Source: Blastocystis sp. subtype 4
Taxonomy: Eukaryota
Assembly: GCF_000743755.1 (NCBI RefSeq)
Contig: NW_014569535.1
Location: 1 to 64,000 of the forward strand
Length of the DNA stretch: 64,000 nt
Reading direction: 5' to 3'
Part shown: piece by piece, positions 37,856-51,393 of the stretch
Position numbering within the stretch: position 1 is the first letter of the stretch
Layout of the letters: each line of letters starts with the position of its first letter
The notes under the pieces: generated by a model
Databases searched by the model: none
Told to the model about the DNA's origin: nothing
What the model saw: only the letters and a program-made list of their open reading frames with translations
Program-made: the position numbers and the translations under genes

Positions 37856-38881
37856 ATGGAACTCATAACAGGTGCATCACGAGGAGAGCTGCTTGAATGG
37901 ATCAATTCTACCCTCCATATGAATCTGACAAAGATTGAAGAGACCGCCTCGGGTAAGAAGCGCTGAATTGTAGTTCATCAGTAGGAGCTGTTGCATGCCA
38001 AATGATTGATATGTTGTTTCCTGGTATGATGAGGATTGCGGGTCAGAGGTAGATGTGATTCCAATGCAGCGAGTGAATTTTGCAGCCAAAGATCCATATG
38101 AATATACTAAAAACTACAAGATTCTACAGACTGCCTTCCTCAAGTGCAATATCTCTAAAGTAGATTTACGAAATGGTATTCCTTGAATAGAATATCGATG
38201 TTGACAGGTTAATTAAAGGTCGTCCTCAAGACAATCTGGAATTCATGCAATGGTTGAAGAAATTCTGGGACCAGAATACACCTCGAAGTGATTACAATCC
38301 AGAGGAACGTAGGTCCATGGCGAAAGGAGGAAAAGGTACGATATCTGGAAGTGGTGTTGTGTAGAGGCGACTTCCACTTCAATTTTGTCGAGAAAAAATA
38401 CATCTATAACACAACAATCGCGCCCTTCTTCCATGGCCTCAAGTCCCAAACCCGGAGATGTCGCTCAACCTACTTGTCTTGCTTGATTCATGCATTTATG
38501 TATAGCAAAACGAATAAAGACTACACCATTGGCAACAACCTCTAAGCGAGTAAGCGATCTAGAACACGATATTGGTGAGGGAGAGAGCAAGGGATGAAAT
38601 ATAGCTGAACTGAAAATGAAGTTGGAAGAGTCAAATGGAGAAATGCAGAAACAACAACTTGTGGTGTGTATTCTGGTTGGAGTTGAGAGTAGATTCGGAA
38701 TCTCGAGGGAGAGCGAGACTTTTATAATCAAAAACTCGTATCTATTGACGAACTTTTAAACGTGCTATTTGTTCTGGAAGATCATCCATAGACTGCAAAG
38801 ACAGATGAAACTGCCACTGTACCAAATCTGATTGAGAAGATTACTTCGATCTTGTATTCAGAATCAAAAGCAGAAGAATAG
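37856..38881 (+). CDS. MAPRE1: Microtubule plus-end binding protein EB1
   Basis: [34 protein letters not shown] and [21 protein letters not shown] (CH domain), then [12 protein letters not shown] and ITSILY (EBH domain). Confidence 0.95.
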
Positions 38882-38887
38882 AATTCC

Positions 38888-38902
38888 TGTTTGGAACAAA
38901 CA
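38888..38902. terminator. Back-to-back 3'-end motifs for EB1 (+) and the Myb-like gene (-)
   Basis: TGTTTGGAACAAACA. Confidence 0.75.
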
Positions 38903-38906
38903 ACAA

Positions 38907-40620
38907 ACTCCATAGCAAAACCATCCATGCGAACAATCTTGTCTCGATATTCATCAATATTTAATCGATTCAACTTCACAAGCTGACGACGATTCAATTT
39001 CTACCCATTATCCATTCCTTCAAACATCACTTGTTTTGTAAAAGGACATGTATTCTTGGGTTCTCGATTCAATACACGCATCCACGTATCATAGCCCAGC
39101 ACATGGCCATAAGGAGAGATTGTAGGCTTCACAACTTCCTGCATGGTCATTACATCGATGAATCCCTAAAGTTGAACTTTCTACTCATTCATACACGCAG
39201 ACAATTCTCATCATCATCTCCATAATCAAAAGCATAAGCTTCCACATCAAAGGGTTCATCTTCAGGAGGTACCTTCACTCCTTTCGGTTTCTTGGTTGAT
39301 TGCTTTCCCGTACTACGGCTTTTGAAACGGAACGAAAGCTGATTCTTTTCATCAATAAAATAATTGTCATCAATAACCACTCCTTCACGAATCAGCTGGC
39401 GGTAGAAATTACTACACTGATAGCCTACTCGGCCAGGGATCTTCATTGAAAACAAACCCCACTAAGTTTCAATATCGTAACAATAACTCACAGAATAGTC
39501 CATTCCATGTTCTACGAGTTGTTTTAGGAAGAAATACCGATCTTTAGGAGACCATTTTCCTGTTGCTTGCTTTTCCCCAGGATCATTAAATCGATAGTAG
39601 TACAGATTCGGGTTTTCTGCACGTCCTTTAAATCTAATTCATTATTTCCTTGCTGAGATAGCATACGCTTTGATACGAGCATCACTCCACCCCAGGTCCT
39701 GTAATTGTCTTGTTGATACAGTAACTCGATGGAAGTATTCAACGGACTCCATAAAACTTCGGTCTATTTGGGAAGCGATTCCTTCTTTCCTACCTTTGGA
39801 TGTACTGGTGGCAGCTATCTCTGTTCCAAACCCAAAGGAACCATCATCATCCTTACTAGTTGACCTCCGACGCTTTCGTGGACGGCCAACGGTTGGTTTG
39901 GGTTTCAATGATTTGGTAGGATGGGATCGTTCCAACTATAGTTCATTTCAATGAAACAATCTTGTACACGAGAGAGTGCCTCATTTAGACGCACACGAGA
40001 AACACGCTTGCGGTATTTCTGTTCATCATAAATGTCACTCCAATACTCGCTTCGAGACCTTTTGGAACGAGAGCCATGTTGTGTAGAGAGCCAGTCATCA
40101 CTGTCACTGTCACTGTTCGATTCTTCTTCCGTGACTCGCACTTTCACCTTGCGAGGATCCACATAGGTGATAAGTTCCATATTCTTTTCCTCTTCTCCCG
40201 AAGCCATTCGCTTGAGACGATCAAGAAAACCTTCTTCCTGCCGAAAACGACGCATCAACAACAGCTACTCATAAACATAAATAAAATCATCAACTTCATT
40301 ATTATTGGAACATTCAAGACCCAAAATCACAGTTTCGTCGGACAAGTCAGGATACTGCAATCGAACATCGTGAATCTATAGTCATCAGCACTAACGAAAT
40401 CTACTTTTTGTTCTTTCTGATTCAAATTGAAAACAGAACACTGATTCTGGAACTCCTTCATTCTTGACTGGATCAGAGCCTACATAACCATATCAACTAA
40501 ACATCCAACTTGCTGCTCTTTGGAATATCCATTGATAAAATCCAGTGCTGAATCATGGGATCCATCACTACTTGAGTAGTCCGAGTCTGCTTGACTTATT
40601 TCTGATTCAGAATCTACCAT
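38907..40620 (-). CDS. Myb/SANT-like domain protein with C-terminal U-box/RING-like module; stop probably made by polyadenylation
   Basis: Acidic N-terminus, AT-hook-like GRPRKRR, GWSDARIKAY, YYRFNDPGEK..GKWS, WGLFSMKIPGRVGYQCSNFYRQLI and PTISPYGHVLGYDTW...CPFTK. Confidence 0.75.
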
Positions 40621-40679
40621 AGAGCCAAGATACCGAATACAAGAAAAACAAACTAGATTCGAAACAAACAATTCTCAGA

Positions 40680-42529
40680 CTAGCATAAAACAAGATTTAG
40701 ATAGCCTTCCTTAAGAAGGAGCCAACACTTGTAACCTCCACTAACAAAGTTATCCACACTAACAGTCTCATTCTCGTCTCCAGAAATCCTTAAAACAAAC
40801 CCAGTTTCGCTCATTCCCACGACTTCTCCAACTACTAGCCGCAGATCTTCTTCCTCTGTTTGGTCCTTCTCCTCCTTCACCAGTACATCATTATGTAGCA
40901 GTTTCGAGGACGGGATTTCCATCTTCACAAATTTACCCACCCACCAGTCACGAGGTGCATTTCGACACTGTTGAACGAGATCAGCAGCTTGCTTCCCATT
41001 CAGCGGTCCATCCTTGTACTCAGTACTTTCACTGGCCACCAAATCGCCTCGATTAGCAAGGACTTGGAGATCTGTAACCAAACGGGATTCCTCCAGCGGC
41101 TGAAGGACAAGTGAGTCAATCTAAATTTCATCGTACTACAGCACTCTAACTTCCACTTTCACTGGTTCCTCCTTCTCTATAGATGGTTCTTTCTCGGAGG
41201 GATTATTCTCTTTCCCTGACTCTTCTTTCACTATAGGAGCCAGAGACTCCTCCTTTACTTCCGTTTTCACTTGAGGGATTGATTCCGTTGTCCCCGAAGG
41301 AGGTTGTGAGGAAGACTGAATTTCAATTCCCAGGTTCTACACATCATTTTTCCATTCATCACAAACATAATAGGACAATAAATGTTTATCTAGCGTACAT
41401 GCAAACCCACAGTTACTGCACTTAAAAGTGTCAGGAATTGGCTTCGTCACATTGATTGGAGTTCCGTGACGACACACCGTACAGAAAACATAGTAATCAC
41501 CAACTGAAGCTGGTACTTTTGGTGGCTGATGAACTGCCGTTGGAGGAGGAATAGGAGGAGGTTGGAGCTGAGGCAGAGCCGACTGATAGGAGTATGGATA
41601 ATGAGATTGTTGGGCAGGAAAGGCAGGATAGGTAGTTCCCGTTTTAGGTGGAAGATAGGAGAAAGAAGGAGGCATCTGTTGAAACGGGACCGAGTATCCT
41701 GCAGAGGGATCTGTAGTACGTACTCGCTTATCATCGGGGACAGTTGGAGTTGGATAGGAACGAGTAGGAGGAATACTAGATTTAAGCTGAGTTGACGGAC
41801 CAAAAGATTCACGCGATTTACCCTTGATTTGAAGAAGCATGTTAGCAAGCTGCAATTCCATGGAGGTATCGTTCGTACCTAGAATGAAACGAGAGAGAGA
41901 ACTGTACCTGTTTCTGTCTTCATTTCCTTGGTTCCCAATTCTTGGTCGGGAGTATTCTGAGCAGTATCTTTTGGCATAGGAACGACTGAAGTCTCGAACT
42001 GCTTTCCAGATTCCGGAACTGTTGGCTGCATTTCCGTAGAAGTAACTGATTTTGTGTTATTTATCCTTTCCTGGTTCTGTGCAGCAGCAAACTCTTGTGG
42101 ATAACCAGGAATCATCGATCGATCCATTGGATACGGCATACCCTGTCGTAAGCCATAATAACCATAATAACCATTCATATTAGGGTACCCACCCGCCCGG
42201 ATATCCATCATAGGCATAGGCATCGGATAGTGATACATTCCTCGGTCGAATGGTATTTGCATATTTTTCATACTATCTGCATACACATTTGAAACCATGT
42301 TATATGGCAAAGCTGCGTTGGGCGGAAGACCAGAATTGATGGCTCCCATAAATCGGGGGTCAAATTGCTGTCCTGCCACATTAGATCCCATGTTTATAGC
42401 TGAGTAAGGATTTTGAAGCTGAGAGGGGCGGGCTCCATCTTGCCTATATCGTGGATCCGTTCGTTGACCAGAATTAGACTGTAACTGATCACCAGTCGTC
42501 ATCTGGCTATTAAAATAGTTCGGGAACAT
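40680..42529 (-). CDS. Hypothetical protein: Gln/Pro/Met/Tyr-rich N-terminus, CxxC...CxxC zinc ribbon, C-terminal beta-rich domain
   Basis: ORFs 41879-42529, 41337-41861 (CTVC...CSNC) and 40680-41081 joined by short introns. TAG at 40680 is followed by TGTTTGTT, which separates it from the downstream gene. Confidence 0.65.
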
Positions 42530-42815
42530 AGAATCCCTGAATGCAAACTTAAGGAAAGCAATATAAGACGAAAGCTTCTTAATTCAAGTGTAAGCCAATC
42601 AGTTTCACGGAAATCATACTCCTCTCCCTTTCTCTCTCATCGTACTAAGATTTGTGATATGTTGTAAATTGGGTGAAATGAACATTACCATTATGAGAAC
42701 ACTTGTTACACTCTGGTTCATTGTGTTAACATGTCTTCTTGTTTAACCATTCGAATAGTTACAACAAATGCAGCTTCAAAAGTTACAATTAGTATTTACA
42801 ACAAACAGAAAACTG

Positions 42816-44698
<1,883 letters not shown>

Positions 44699-44753
44699 GG
44701 ATCAACAAGTGTATAAAATAGAACAAACATAGGATAAAAGGTAAATAGAGGAC

Positions 44754-45535
44754 TTACAGATCGTCGTTATCGTCAGGAAGGGGAACATTGGCAGGCATAT
44801 CATTGGCAACCTTATAAGCGTTCTCATCAAAAACAACTTCTGGAGGCTTGATAGCGAGAGCCTCAGAGAACTGCAGATCCGGAGTCTGAGTCAACTTGCG
44901 AGCCAGCCAGCGGAAGGGCTTCTCGAAGTTGTAGTTACTCTTGGCGGAAATATCAAAGTAGGGCATGTTTTTACGCTGATGGAAGTTGATCATCTTGGTC
45001 TTCACACGACGCTCCTTCATATCGCACTTGTTACCAACCATCACAATGGGAATGTTACCGCAGACACGAGTCAAATCGCGATGCCAGTTAGCCAGGGAAT
45101 CATATGAAGAACGAGATGTCACATCAAACATCAAAATGGCACAATCAGCATCCACACTACATAAAAACCACACAGTATGTGTACTAATAACCGTCTCGCA
45201 GACCTCCGAACTTCTCCTGACCAGCAGTATCCCAACAATTGAAGGTAACTGGTCCGCAGGAAGTACTGAAGGTAAGTCTGTGAACCTCAGCACCACGAGT
45301 AGCTAAGACATCACTTCCGACCTACGAACAACGTACGGACATAAACCTTCTCGAAATCTCCAGTTTCGTGTCTCTTGACATAGGTAGTCTTACCTACACC
45401 TCCATCTCCGACGAGGACACACTTGAACTCGGGACCGGTTGCATTCTGAGCCTATACACAACGAATGAGAAGAAGTCCACCAAAGCCATTCAAATTTGAC
45501 TGTCAGTTCTGTTCCCCAAAATAAACACTTACCAT
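44754..45535 (-). CDS. RAN: Ran GTPase
   Basis: [45 protein letters not shown] and acidic tail LPDDNDDL*. The first coding exon is ATG only, followed by an 81-nt intron (45452-45532). Confidence 0.97.
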
Positions 45536-45982
45536 GATATATACAAATCAACTGAAGATTATTTCTGCCTCTAGCAGAGCTTTCACCATCCATTACTTCC
45601 ATGGGAAAATTACAAAATCCCCGTTATACCGGAAATGCTTCCTTTCCTAGAATCCATTCATTATATTATAGAAATGAATAAGAATCCACATTAATAATCG
45701 GAATAACTAGATCCGAGATAATCGAGTGATCCATGGAGATAGAATTGTTCATCTGATGGTAAAAGATGTTCGATTGAGTCAGAGGAATGCTGTTCTACCC
45801 AGTTCAAAGTCGTTCCAACTGATTCTCATGGTATTCTGTTGATTCTTCTTCCATCGATAGTATTTTGATTCTACATTCTTTCTGTTAACTTCCAAAGAAA
45901 GATGATTGACGAGCCGTTTAGTTATTCAATTCCTTGATAATCAATACTTCCCTTCAAATGACAATAAATCATTCCCTAAGCT

Positions 45983-48900
45983 ATGCTTGCCAAATTTGAG
46001 ACAAAGAGCAGTCGTGTGAAAGGAATTTCTTTCCATCCGACACGCCCCTGGTTGCTCTGCTCTCTTCATGACGGACAAATCCAATTATGGGACTATCGTG
46101 TAGGAACCCTTCTTGAAACGTTCGACGAGCATGATGGTCCCGTTCGAAGTGTGGACTTTCACTCAACACAACCTCTCTTCGTTTCTGGAGGAGATGACTA
46201 CAAAATCCGTGTGTGGAACTACAACAACAAACGGTCTCTATTCACTCTGATGGGTCACCTTGACTATATCCGTACAGTCCAGTTCCATCCCGAGAATCCC
46301 TGGATTGTCAGTTGTTCCGATGACCAGAATATCCGAATCTGGAATTGGCAGAGTCGAGAGTGTATTGCCGTTCTCACAGGTCACAATCATTATGTCATGA
46401 GTGCTCAGTTCCATCCTAAGGAGGATCTTATTGTCAGTGCATCCCTCGATCAAACGATCCGTGTGTGGGATATTTCTGGATTAAAGCAAAAGGGCTCTAA
46501 GATGTCCAGTGGTCCAAAGACAGCAAGAAGTGTTATCGGTCATTTGGGAACCGATATTGTAGGTACTGTGAAGTATGTACTTGAAGGTCATGAACGAGGT
46601 GTGAATTGGGCCAGTTTCCATCCTGAACTTCCACTTATCGTTTCAGGTTCAGATGATCGCATGATCAAGATCTGGAGAACCAATGAAACTAAGGCCTGGG
46701 AGGTGGATACGCTTCGAGGTCATACCAATAATGTTAGTTGTGTCATGTTCCATCCTCGAGAAGATCTGATCTTATCAAATAGTGAAGATCACAGTATTCG
46801 TGTGTGGGATAGTACTAAACGAATTGGTATTCAATCGTTTGTCCGTGCTCACGATCGATTCTGGATTATTACTGTTCATAAGAAACAGAACCTCCTTGCT
46901 GCTGGTCACGATTCAGGAACTGTCGTATTTAAGCTGCGTCGAGAACGTACTCCCTTTGCCGTTTATAAGAGTTACTGTTTCTATGTGAAAGATCGTTATT
47001 ATCGTATTCGTGAAATCGATGGAGCCGCACGCGATATCGTTTTGATGCCTATTGCACGAGGTCCTGCTGCCTCGAACAATGCTGCACGTTGTCTCCAGTA
47101 TAACACGTATTGTCCTAATGAGTTTATGCTTTTGATGCATAATAATGAAGAAGGAGGATCATATGAACTAATTTCATGCAATCAGAAACTGGAAACAGAG
47201 AAGGTTACACCAACAGTGAAAGCAGGATCAGCTCTTTCTGTATGCTTTGTAAGTCGTAGCAAATTCGCTACTTTGGAATCCAGAGATACTCTGTTCCTTC
47301 GTAATATCGATAATATTGTACGCATTCATACTCTTCCTAAATATATAGGTTACAAAGCGAATTCCTCTTCCTATTACAGGCTGTACACGTCTCTTCCCTG
47401 GTGGATGTTCAGGTCGTGTCTTGTTGTCCTCTCAAGATACCTTGGCTCTCTTCGATACAAATTCCTTCCAGATTCTCGGTTCTTTTACTATAAATGGAGT
47501 GAAGCGTGTCCAATGGAGTTCAGACAATACTCAACTGGCTGTAATGACAGCACACAATGTGTTCCTATTGACTCGAGATCTCTCGATGATGTGTTTTGTG
47601 ACAGAGACATTGCGTGTAAAAGATATCTTGTGGGAGGAGCATAATGTGTTGCTCTACTCAACTCTTTCTCAAGTGAAATATCTCCTTCCTTCAGGAGAGA
47701 AAGGTGTAGTTCGTTCATTAGATGACCCTGTGTATTTGGCTTGTATTCGTGGTAACACCCTCTTTGCGTTTAATCGTGAGAATACTTTAGTGAAACTTCA
47801 GATTGATCCTACTGAGTATATGTTTAAGGTCGAAATGATTGGGGAATAACACTTTAGATGGCACTGGAGAAAAAACACTATCGGGAGGCAATTCGAATCA
47901 TTCGTACTAGCAAGGTTGATTCACATGCGATAATTGGATATTTGCAGCGAAATGGATTTGAGGATATTGCTCTGTATTTCGTTACTGAACCTCGAGCTCG
48001 ATTTAACTTGGCTATCCGATGTGGAAACCTGGATATTGCTCAAGAGTGTGCTACCCAGCTGGATGAAGCATCAATTTGGAGAGAACTTGCAGAAGAAGCT
48101 TTGCGACAAGGGAACTATGCTATTGTAGAGACCTGCTATCAGCAAACGAAGAGTTTCGAGAAACTCTCCTTCTTGTATGTGGTCACGGGAAATCGTGCAA
48201 AGTTGGAGAAGATGTTAAAGATTGCGGAGCTCCGTCAGGATATGATGAGTCGTTTCTTCAATGCTATGTACTTGGGTGACGTACGTGCTCGAGTGAAGGT
48301 CTTGCTTGATGTGAATCAAACCACACTGGCATACATCACCGCTGTGAGCTATGGACTTGAAGAGGAAGCCAATTCGATTCGAGCGTTGTTGGAAGAACAG
48401 AAACTCCCTGTTCCAGATGTGGCTCCTGCAACAACCCTGCTGACTCCGCCTACTGCGGTAGAGCAGGAAGGCGAGTATCCTTTGTTGGAGATGCCTCGAT
48501 CAGTGTTTGATCGAGTGATGGAAGAGGAAGCACGTGGTGAGCCCGAGGTCACTGCTGAGCAAACATTAGAAGAGGAGTTCAAATCTGTTGGAGAGGAAGA
48601 GGAAGAGTCTTCCGAAGCCAAGAATGAATGGGATGATGATCTTGGCTTCTCTGATAACGGAGAGACTGGTTGGGGCGATGATCTGGATCTCTCTGATGAA
48701 GAAACAGTACCTATGAAGCAGGAAGAGGAGAAGGAATGTCCCTCTGCTGGAGCAGATGTAGCAACACAGTGGTGTCAGCACTCTTCATTGGCTTATGATC
48801 ATGCCTGTGCTGGAAATGTGGACTCTGCCTGTCAGTTACTGAATCGTCAGATCGGTCTGAAGGATGTGAAGGTATTGTCCGATATCCTCCGAAGCTGTTA

Positions 48901-49670
48901 TCTGAGTGTTCAGGCTGTTTCTGTCGGTTATCCATCCATGCCAGCCCTCTCGGTTCCTCTTCAGCGTTCCACATCACCTTCGCTTCCTTTGTCTGTGTAT
49001 CGTCTCCAGCATGCCGTTCAGTTGGTGAAAATGGGTCTAAAATGTTTCCAAGCAGGTCGTTTTGAGGATACTCTCAATGCTTTCAAGTCTCTCCTCGTGA
49101 TCGTACCAATGGTTCTCGTAGATTCTAAAGAAGATGAAGCAGAATTGAAACAATTTGTAGAGATGGCTAGAGAGTATATCATGGCAGTCCAGATTGAGTT
49201 AACACGTCGTGAAACTCCTGCTGGATCTCCTCGAAATCTTGCTCTCTCAGCCTTCATGACTCAATGCAAGTTACAGAATCCTCATGTTCTTCTGACCCTT
49301 AATAGTGCAATGGTAGCAGCTTTCAAAGCTGAGAATTTCATTGATGCAGCTGGATTCGCCAACCGCATTCTGATGAACCCAGAGATCAAGTCACCTCGCA
49401 ATGCTCCACTGGAACAGAAGGCACGCAAGGTCCTGCAGCGAAGTGAACGAGAAGGTCGCAATTCTGTGGATACAGGAGTGACTCTGGATCGTGTGTATGT
49501 GTTAGATTGTGCAACCATGCAGCCTATGGATCATTCTGCGGAGATTGTCAAGTGTCCTTTCTGTGGAGTATCCTATGCGGTGGAGAACAAGGGAAAGCTG
49601 TGCTCTATCTGTGGAATGAGTCAAATTGGATTGGAAACCGTGGGACTGGTGTGTATGAATGCCAGAAAGT
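45983..49670 (+). CDS. COPA: Coatomer subunit alpha; stop probably made by polyadenylation
   Basis: [21 protein letters not shown]40 repeats, [21 protein letters not shown] acidic linker and C-terminal CPFCG...[10 protein letters not shown]. Introns at about 47318-47348 and 47829-47857. Confidence 0.97.
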
Positions 49671-49674
49671 GCTA

Positions 49675-49692
49675 TGTTTGTTTCAAGAAACA
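49675..49692. terminator. Back-to-back 3'-end motifs for COPA (+) and the hypothetical gene (-)
   Basis: TGTTTGTTTCAAGAAACA. Confidence 0.75.
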
Positions 49693-49697
49693 GCGAA

Positions 49698-50155
49698 CTA
49701 AAGCAAACTCTTCTGACGGCGACCTGTCAAAGTTCTACAGATGAACCACAAATCATACGCGAACGTTCTCTTCTCCTCGTCATCAACTTCTTCGTCGTCT
49801 ATTAGCTCCTCGAAATGCGTGAGTAACTCTAAGAACTCCTTGGATACATATGAAAACATGTACAGAGCACCAATTTGAATTCTCTGCATCTACAAAACTA
49901 TCAGAGAATCCGAATCACTCACTTCTACACTTCGCATACGAGCAACCAGAGAACGCATGTTACGAGAGTAGAATTCAGTCGTTTTATTCATTTCCTGAAA
50001 ACATCTGAACGCTTCACCCTCATTTCTCCACATCTTTGGAGCCATTTTAGGGACAAACATTCTTTTCCTTTAGGATCATCATCAACAACATACCGTTGGA
50101 AGCGCATAGCCTTAACAAACTGTCTTGGAATACCACCAAACGCCCTTGCTGACAT
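49698..50155 (-). CDS. Small hypothetical protein, possibly MRO-targeted
   Basis: MSARAFGGIPRQFVKAMRFQR (basic N-terminus). Three exons joined by ~30 nt introns. TAG at 49700-49698, followed by TGTTTCTT. Confidence 0.6.
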
Positions 50156-50262
50156 TTCCAAAGAATGAATCGCTGTTCTCAAAAGAACGAAAAAACCGCG
50201 GAACTCGTCTCTTCTTTCACTGTCAATAACTCGTTCCCAAAGAGTTAGTTGGTGTCAAAAAT

Positions 50263-51349
50263 ATGTCTGGTGCTTTTGATCATCACAATCAAGTTTGACT
50301 GTCAATGGTTTATAAGATTCTAGGATGCAACGGTGTATGTTGGTAATCTGGACGAAAGGGTGGATGAGGAATTGATATGGGAGTTGTTCTTGCAGGTATT
50401 TTCAAATTGAATGATTTTATGGATAGTTCGGACCTGTCGTTTCAGTGTCAATGCCAAAGGATAAAGTCACAAATACACATCAAGTTTGGACCAATTCAAT
50501 TCATTCATAATTAGGGTTTTGGTTTTGTTGAATTCCAAAACGAGATTGACGCGGAGTATGCAGTTCGTGTGACTGGAAATGTCGCATTGTATGGAAAAAA
50601 GATTCGAGTAAATAAAGCAAATATGGATAAGAAGACACTGGATGTCGGTGCAAATTTGTTTATTAGTAATTTGGCTCCTGAAGTTGATGAAGATGCTCTT
50701 AAAACCACATTTATGGCCTTTGGGCAGTTCGCTTGCGAACCGAAAGTGAGTTTATTCGAATTCTCTCAAGCGTAGATTGCTCGAGATCCAGAAACAAATA
50801 TCAGTAAGGGATATGGGTTTGTCAACTATACATCGTTTGAAGCTTCAGATTATGCAATTGAAAGTATGAATGGCCAAGTAGGTGTATTCACACTATTTTG
50901 AATCTCAGTATTTCTATAATCGTCAAATTGTTGTTCAATATGCCTTCAAGAAGGAAACAAGAGGCGAACGACATGGATCTGCTGCAGAGCGTCTATTAGC
51001 TGGTAGCAACCCTGATCGTGCTCGTATTGCTGCGATGATGTCAACTATGGTACCACCAATGGCTGCTGCTCCGATGGCTGCTGCTCCGATGGCAGCAGTT
51101 CCTCCAGCTCAACCTGGAATGATGCCAATGATGCAACCTGGAGTGATGAATGCTCCTATGCAGCCTGGAGTGATAGGTACTCCTATGCAACCTGGAGTAA
51201 TGGGTGCTCCAATGCAGCCTGGAATGATGGGTGCTCCTATGCAGCCTGGAATGATGAGTACTCCCATGCAACCTGGAATGGTAGGCACCCCTATGCAGCC
51301 TGGAGTGATGGGTGCTCCGATGATGGGAGGAATGGCTCCTATACAGTAA
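50263..51349 (+). CDS. SF3B4: Splicing factor 3B subunit 4 (SAP49)
   Basis: [44 protein letters not shown] and [21 protein letters not shown]. Two RRMs plus a Pro/Met-rich tail. Confidence 0.95.
51131..51319 (+). repeat. Coding minisatellite: 7 x 27 nt (MQPG[VM][MIV][GNS][AT]P)
   Basis: Seven ATGCARCCTGGA... units at 27-nt periodicity, preceded by 15-nt MAAAP repeats (about 51059-51103). Confidence 0.95.
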
Positions 51350-51393
51350 TTCTGTGTTTTATATCTGAAATTATTTGTGGGACCAAACAAGAT

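Noticed and set aside
42677..42722. AATGAAC/GTTCATT inverted repeat in intergenic DNA (snoRNA?)
   Set aside because: Only 7 AT-rich bp, and no convincing C/D or H/ACA boxes.
45600..45930. Short ORFs in the Ran-COPA gap
   Set aside because: No coherent spliced frame, homology or 3'-end motif. Treated as promoter/UTR.
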